Shown here: piece by piece, positions 61,665 through 64,000 of the stretch
How positions within the stretch are numbered: the stretch's first letter is position 1
How the letters are laid out: the number at the start of each line of letters is the position of its first letter
Assembly (NCBI GenBank): GCA_963796285.1
Contig: CAWCKW010000012.1
Coordinates: forward strand, 1,344,001-1,408,000
Source of the DNA: Nitrospirota bacterium
GTDB lineage: Bacteria > Nitrospirota > UBA9217
Length of the DNA: 64,000 nt
Direction: 5' to 3'
The notes under the pieces: generated by a model
Seen by the model: the letters and a program-made list of their open reading frames with translations, nothing else
The model's database searches: none
Told to the model about the DNA's origin: nothing
Translations under genes and position numbers: made by a program

Positions 61665-63284
61665 TTATTGTGATTTTAATACTTCCTCCAGAGAGCTCCC
61701 CTGTTTCAATTTCTCCACTGCCTGATCATGGAACTCAAGGATGCTCTTCATGAGCGCAAGTGTCTTCTCGGGCAGGGAGAAGGCATCGTCGCTGTAGGCG
61801 TTCTGCTGGAGAAACTCGGTCCGGATCCGTTCGGCCGTACGCATCAGCAGGCGGTCGGTATCCTGCAGCCCCTCCGCGCCCACGATCTCGGCGACCTCGC
61901 GGAGTGATTCCTCATCCTGCAGGATCTGCCTGCTTCGCCGGAGCAGTTCCTCCCACTCCGGTGATATCTTGGTCCGATAGTGCTCCGCCACGTCCCCCGC
62001 GTAGAGGGAATAGCTCTGGAACCAGTTTATCGCGGGATAGTGTCTCCTGTGCGCAAGCGAGGTATCGAGCATGAGAAAGGAACCAGTCGTCCTGAGACAG
62101 GCCTGCGTGACCGGCTCGGTGAAGTCGCCGCCTGGAGGCGATACGGAAAGGATCATGCTGAGCGAGCCTATCTTGCCGGACAGCGTTTCGACCACACCCG
62201 CGCGCTCGAGAAAGCCCGACAAGCGCGACGCAAGGTAGGTCGGATATCCTTCCTCGCCGGGCATCTCCTCGAGCGACGCCGATATCTCCCGCAGGGCCTC
62301 TGCCCAGCGCGACAGGCTGTCGGCGAGGAACAGCACGTGATAGCCCATGTCCCGGTAGTACTCGGCCATGGTAACGGCGGTGTAGATCGAGGCCTCCCTC
62401 GCCGCCACGGGCATGTTCGAGGTATTGACCACCAGGACCGTCCGTTCCCGCAGCGGCCGCTTGGTCCAGGGATCGCGCAGTTCTTCGAATTCGGCGATCA
62501 TGTCCGCCATCTCGTTCCCGCGCTCGCCGCACCCCACGTATACCACGATGTCCACATCGGCAAACTTTGCGATCGACTGCTCGAGGATCGTCTTTCCGGT
62601 GCCGAACCCGCCCGGAAAGATCGCCGTGCCTCCGCGCGCGAGCGGGAAGAGAAAGTCAATGCTTCGTTGACCGGTTATGAGCGGCTCGGCAGGCGCGAAC
62701 TTTTTCCGGTACGGCCTCGCGGTCCGCACCGGCCATTCATGACAGCCGGGGATCTCCTTGCCGTCTTCAAATTCCCCGAGCGGCTCGTTCAAACTTACGT
62801 CGCCTTCAACCACGGAAGAGACCGTTCCTCCCGCCTCCGAGCCGCACAGGATATAGTGCTTGAAAGTCCCCTCATCGACGTATCCCATGACGGTCCCGAG
62901 GGAGGGCACGTCACCTTTCTTTATGAAGGGGGTGAACCTCCAGCGCTTCATGTAATCCAGCGCGTACATTTCCCTGCCGCCGGTGATAAACGGCCCCATT
63001 TCTTCCCTGAGCCGTTCCAGGGGGCGCTGCAGCCCGTCGAACATGCCGCCGAGGAGGCCGGGCCCCAGGCGCACCGTGAGCGGCATGCCCACACCTTTTA
63101 TCGGCTCGCCCACTGCGAGTCCGCGGGTGTCTTCGTAAACCTGGATCACGGCTTTTTCGCGCTCCAGCCGCACCACTTCGCCGGTAAGCATGACATGGCC
63201 CACGTAAACGCGCTCGTAGAGTTTGAGCCCCTTGAGGTCTACGCTCACGGTCGGTCCTGATATTCGCTGGATCTTTCCGTTCAT
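61665..63284 (-). CDS. atpA: V/A-type ATP synthase subunit A
   Basis: QVYEDT, DGLQRPL, PGGFGTGKT, GCGERGNE, NTSNMPVAAREAS, SPPGGDF. Confidence 0.95.
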   Translation of the reverse strand: MNGKIQRISGPTVSVDLKGLKLYERVYVGHVMLTGEVVRLEREKAVIQVYEDTRGLAVGEPIKGVGMPLTVRLGPGLLGGMFDGLQRPLERLREEMGPFITGGREMYALDYMKRWRFTPFIKKGDVPSLGTVMGYVDEGTFKHYILCGSEAGGTVSSVVEGDVSLNEPLGEFEDGKEIPGCHEWPVRTARPYRKKFAPAEPLITGQRSIDFLFPLARGGTAIFPGGFGTGKTILEQSIAKFADVDIVVYVGCGERGNEMADMIAEFEELRDPWTKRPLRERTVLVVNTSNMPVAAREASIYTAVTMAEYYRDMGYHVLFLADSLSRWAEALREISASLEEMPGEEGYPTYLASRLSGFLERAGVVETLSGKIGSLSMILSVSPPGGDFTEPVTQACLRTTGSFLMLDTSLAHRRHYPAINWFQSYSLYAGDVAEHYRTKISPEWEELLRRSRQILQDEESLREVAEIVGAEGLQDTDRLLMRTAERIRTEFLQQNAYSDDAFSLPEKTLALMKSILEFHDQAVEKLKQGSSLEEVLKSQ

Positions 63285-63601
63285 ATTTTCAATCTCACAT
63301 GATACCCGATCGCCCGTCTGATCAGCCGCGCGGCATAATCCTCGACCTCCGGCGGCGGTTTTTCTGGTGACGGGAGCACCAGCAAGATACCGTGCCACCC
63401 CTGCTCTAGCTCCCGCAGCCGTTCTTCAGGCATACCTTGCAGCAGGCGTTCATCGATGATGATGAGCCCGGTGTCGGTCTCTGTCATGGTCTTTTTGAGC
63501 GTTTCTTCCGCTTCACCCGCTTTCACGGCATACTGGGGTACACCGCTCAGGCTGAACCCGTACGACGCATCCGGCGGAGTTATGAATGAGATCGTTTTCA
63601 T
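63281..63601 (-). CDS. V/A-type ATP synthase subunit F
   Basis: GFSLSGV, GLIIIDE, LIRRAIG; overlaps the subunit A start. Confidence 0.85.
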   Translation of the reverse strand: MKTISFITPPDASYGFSLSGVPQYAVKAGEAEETLKKTMTETDTGLIIIDERLLQGMPEERLRELEQGWHGILLVLPSPEKPPPEVEDYAARLIRRAIGYHVRLKI

Positions 63602-63642
63602 AAGAAACACCTGACCTGGACAAACCAAAACCAGGTAAATCA

Positions 63643-63756
63643 TTTTCGCGCAAAGCCGCAAAGCGCGCAAAGGAAAGCTTGTAAGTCTCGAATTAAAACA
63701 CTAATCCCTTTTATTTTTGCCGTTCTTTGCGGCCTTTGCGGCTTTGCGCGAGAAAA
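63643..63756. repeat. CGCAAAG hairpin
   Basis: TCGCGCAAAGCCGCAAAG is an 18 bp perfect inverse of CTTTGCGGCTTTGCGCGA. Confidence 0.85.
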
Positions 63757-63823
63757 GTTTTACGTTTTCTTCTTAATATTCTTTCCCTGTTGCGAAGAAT
63801 TTGATTTATACATAATTGACAGC

Positions 63824-64000
63824 CTCATTGCACCAGTTCAGCCGCGACCGTCTCCCGTTCGAGATCTTTGGTATGATGCAGCACGCTCAGGTTCATCGCC
63901 TCGATCGAACACCGCCACAGATAATCCAGAATAGGTGCGATGCCAAAAGGGTCTCGCCCCTCTTTTCTCAGCCATCGCGTCATGCCGCGATACAGAGCAC
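63824..64000 (-). CDS. V/A-type ATP synthase subunit C/d, 3' end (partial)
   Basis: ...RDPFGIAPILDYLWRCSIEAMNL...ELVQ*; position upstream of subunit F. Confidence 0.75.

Noticed and set aside
19159-63260. Long antisense ORFs (e.g. 19159-20262, 20448-21680, 26695-27927, 49179-50468, 61980-63260)
   Set aside because: They are shadow frames of GC-rich genes on the opposite strand and have no protein motifs.

Overview
Bacterial chromosomal window of moderately high GC. Gene order and protein families suggest an anaerobic Nitrospirota or Desulfobacterota-like organism (inference). Many otherwise intact genes (copA, rodZ, pfkB, mtnP, EF-G2, lysC, hom, ssb, pyk, GNAT and others) are split by single-base frameshifts, most simply explained as long-read indel errors. 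Content from left to right: mtnA, gcvT, a PilZ protein, a Cu-ATPase and Mut7-C; a ~24 kb minus-strand run (hom, TusA, MoeB, JAMM, MoaD/ThiS, NIL, ApgM-like, lysC, cimA, rseC, EF-G2, three M16 peptidases with dut, mutL, miaA, hfq, mtnP, pfkB, Tgl/PilF, rodZ); rpsF-ssb-rpsR-DUF2232; a candidate sphingolipid cluster (SDR, SPT, GNAT and an AUR1-like PAP2); hpt; a B12 radical SAM; an 8-repeat propeller lipoprotein; FkbM; DUF362; pyk; FdhA with AsrA/AsrB-like subunits; rubrerythrin; OsmC; a diguanylate cyclase; a small cassette-like island with one attC-like site; and a V/A-type ATPase operon (C-F-A-B-D). The most striking non-coding pattern is about 20 hairpins with 7-9 nt periodic arms at gene junctions. 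One is inserted in frame in mutL, one supplies the MoaD C-terminal tail, and one family carries a stub resembling the start of a GxxExxY gene. No tRNA, rRNA, CRISPR array, transposase or integrase was seen.
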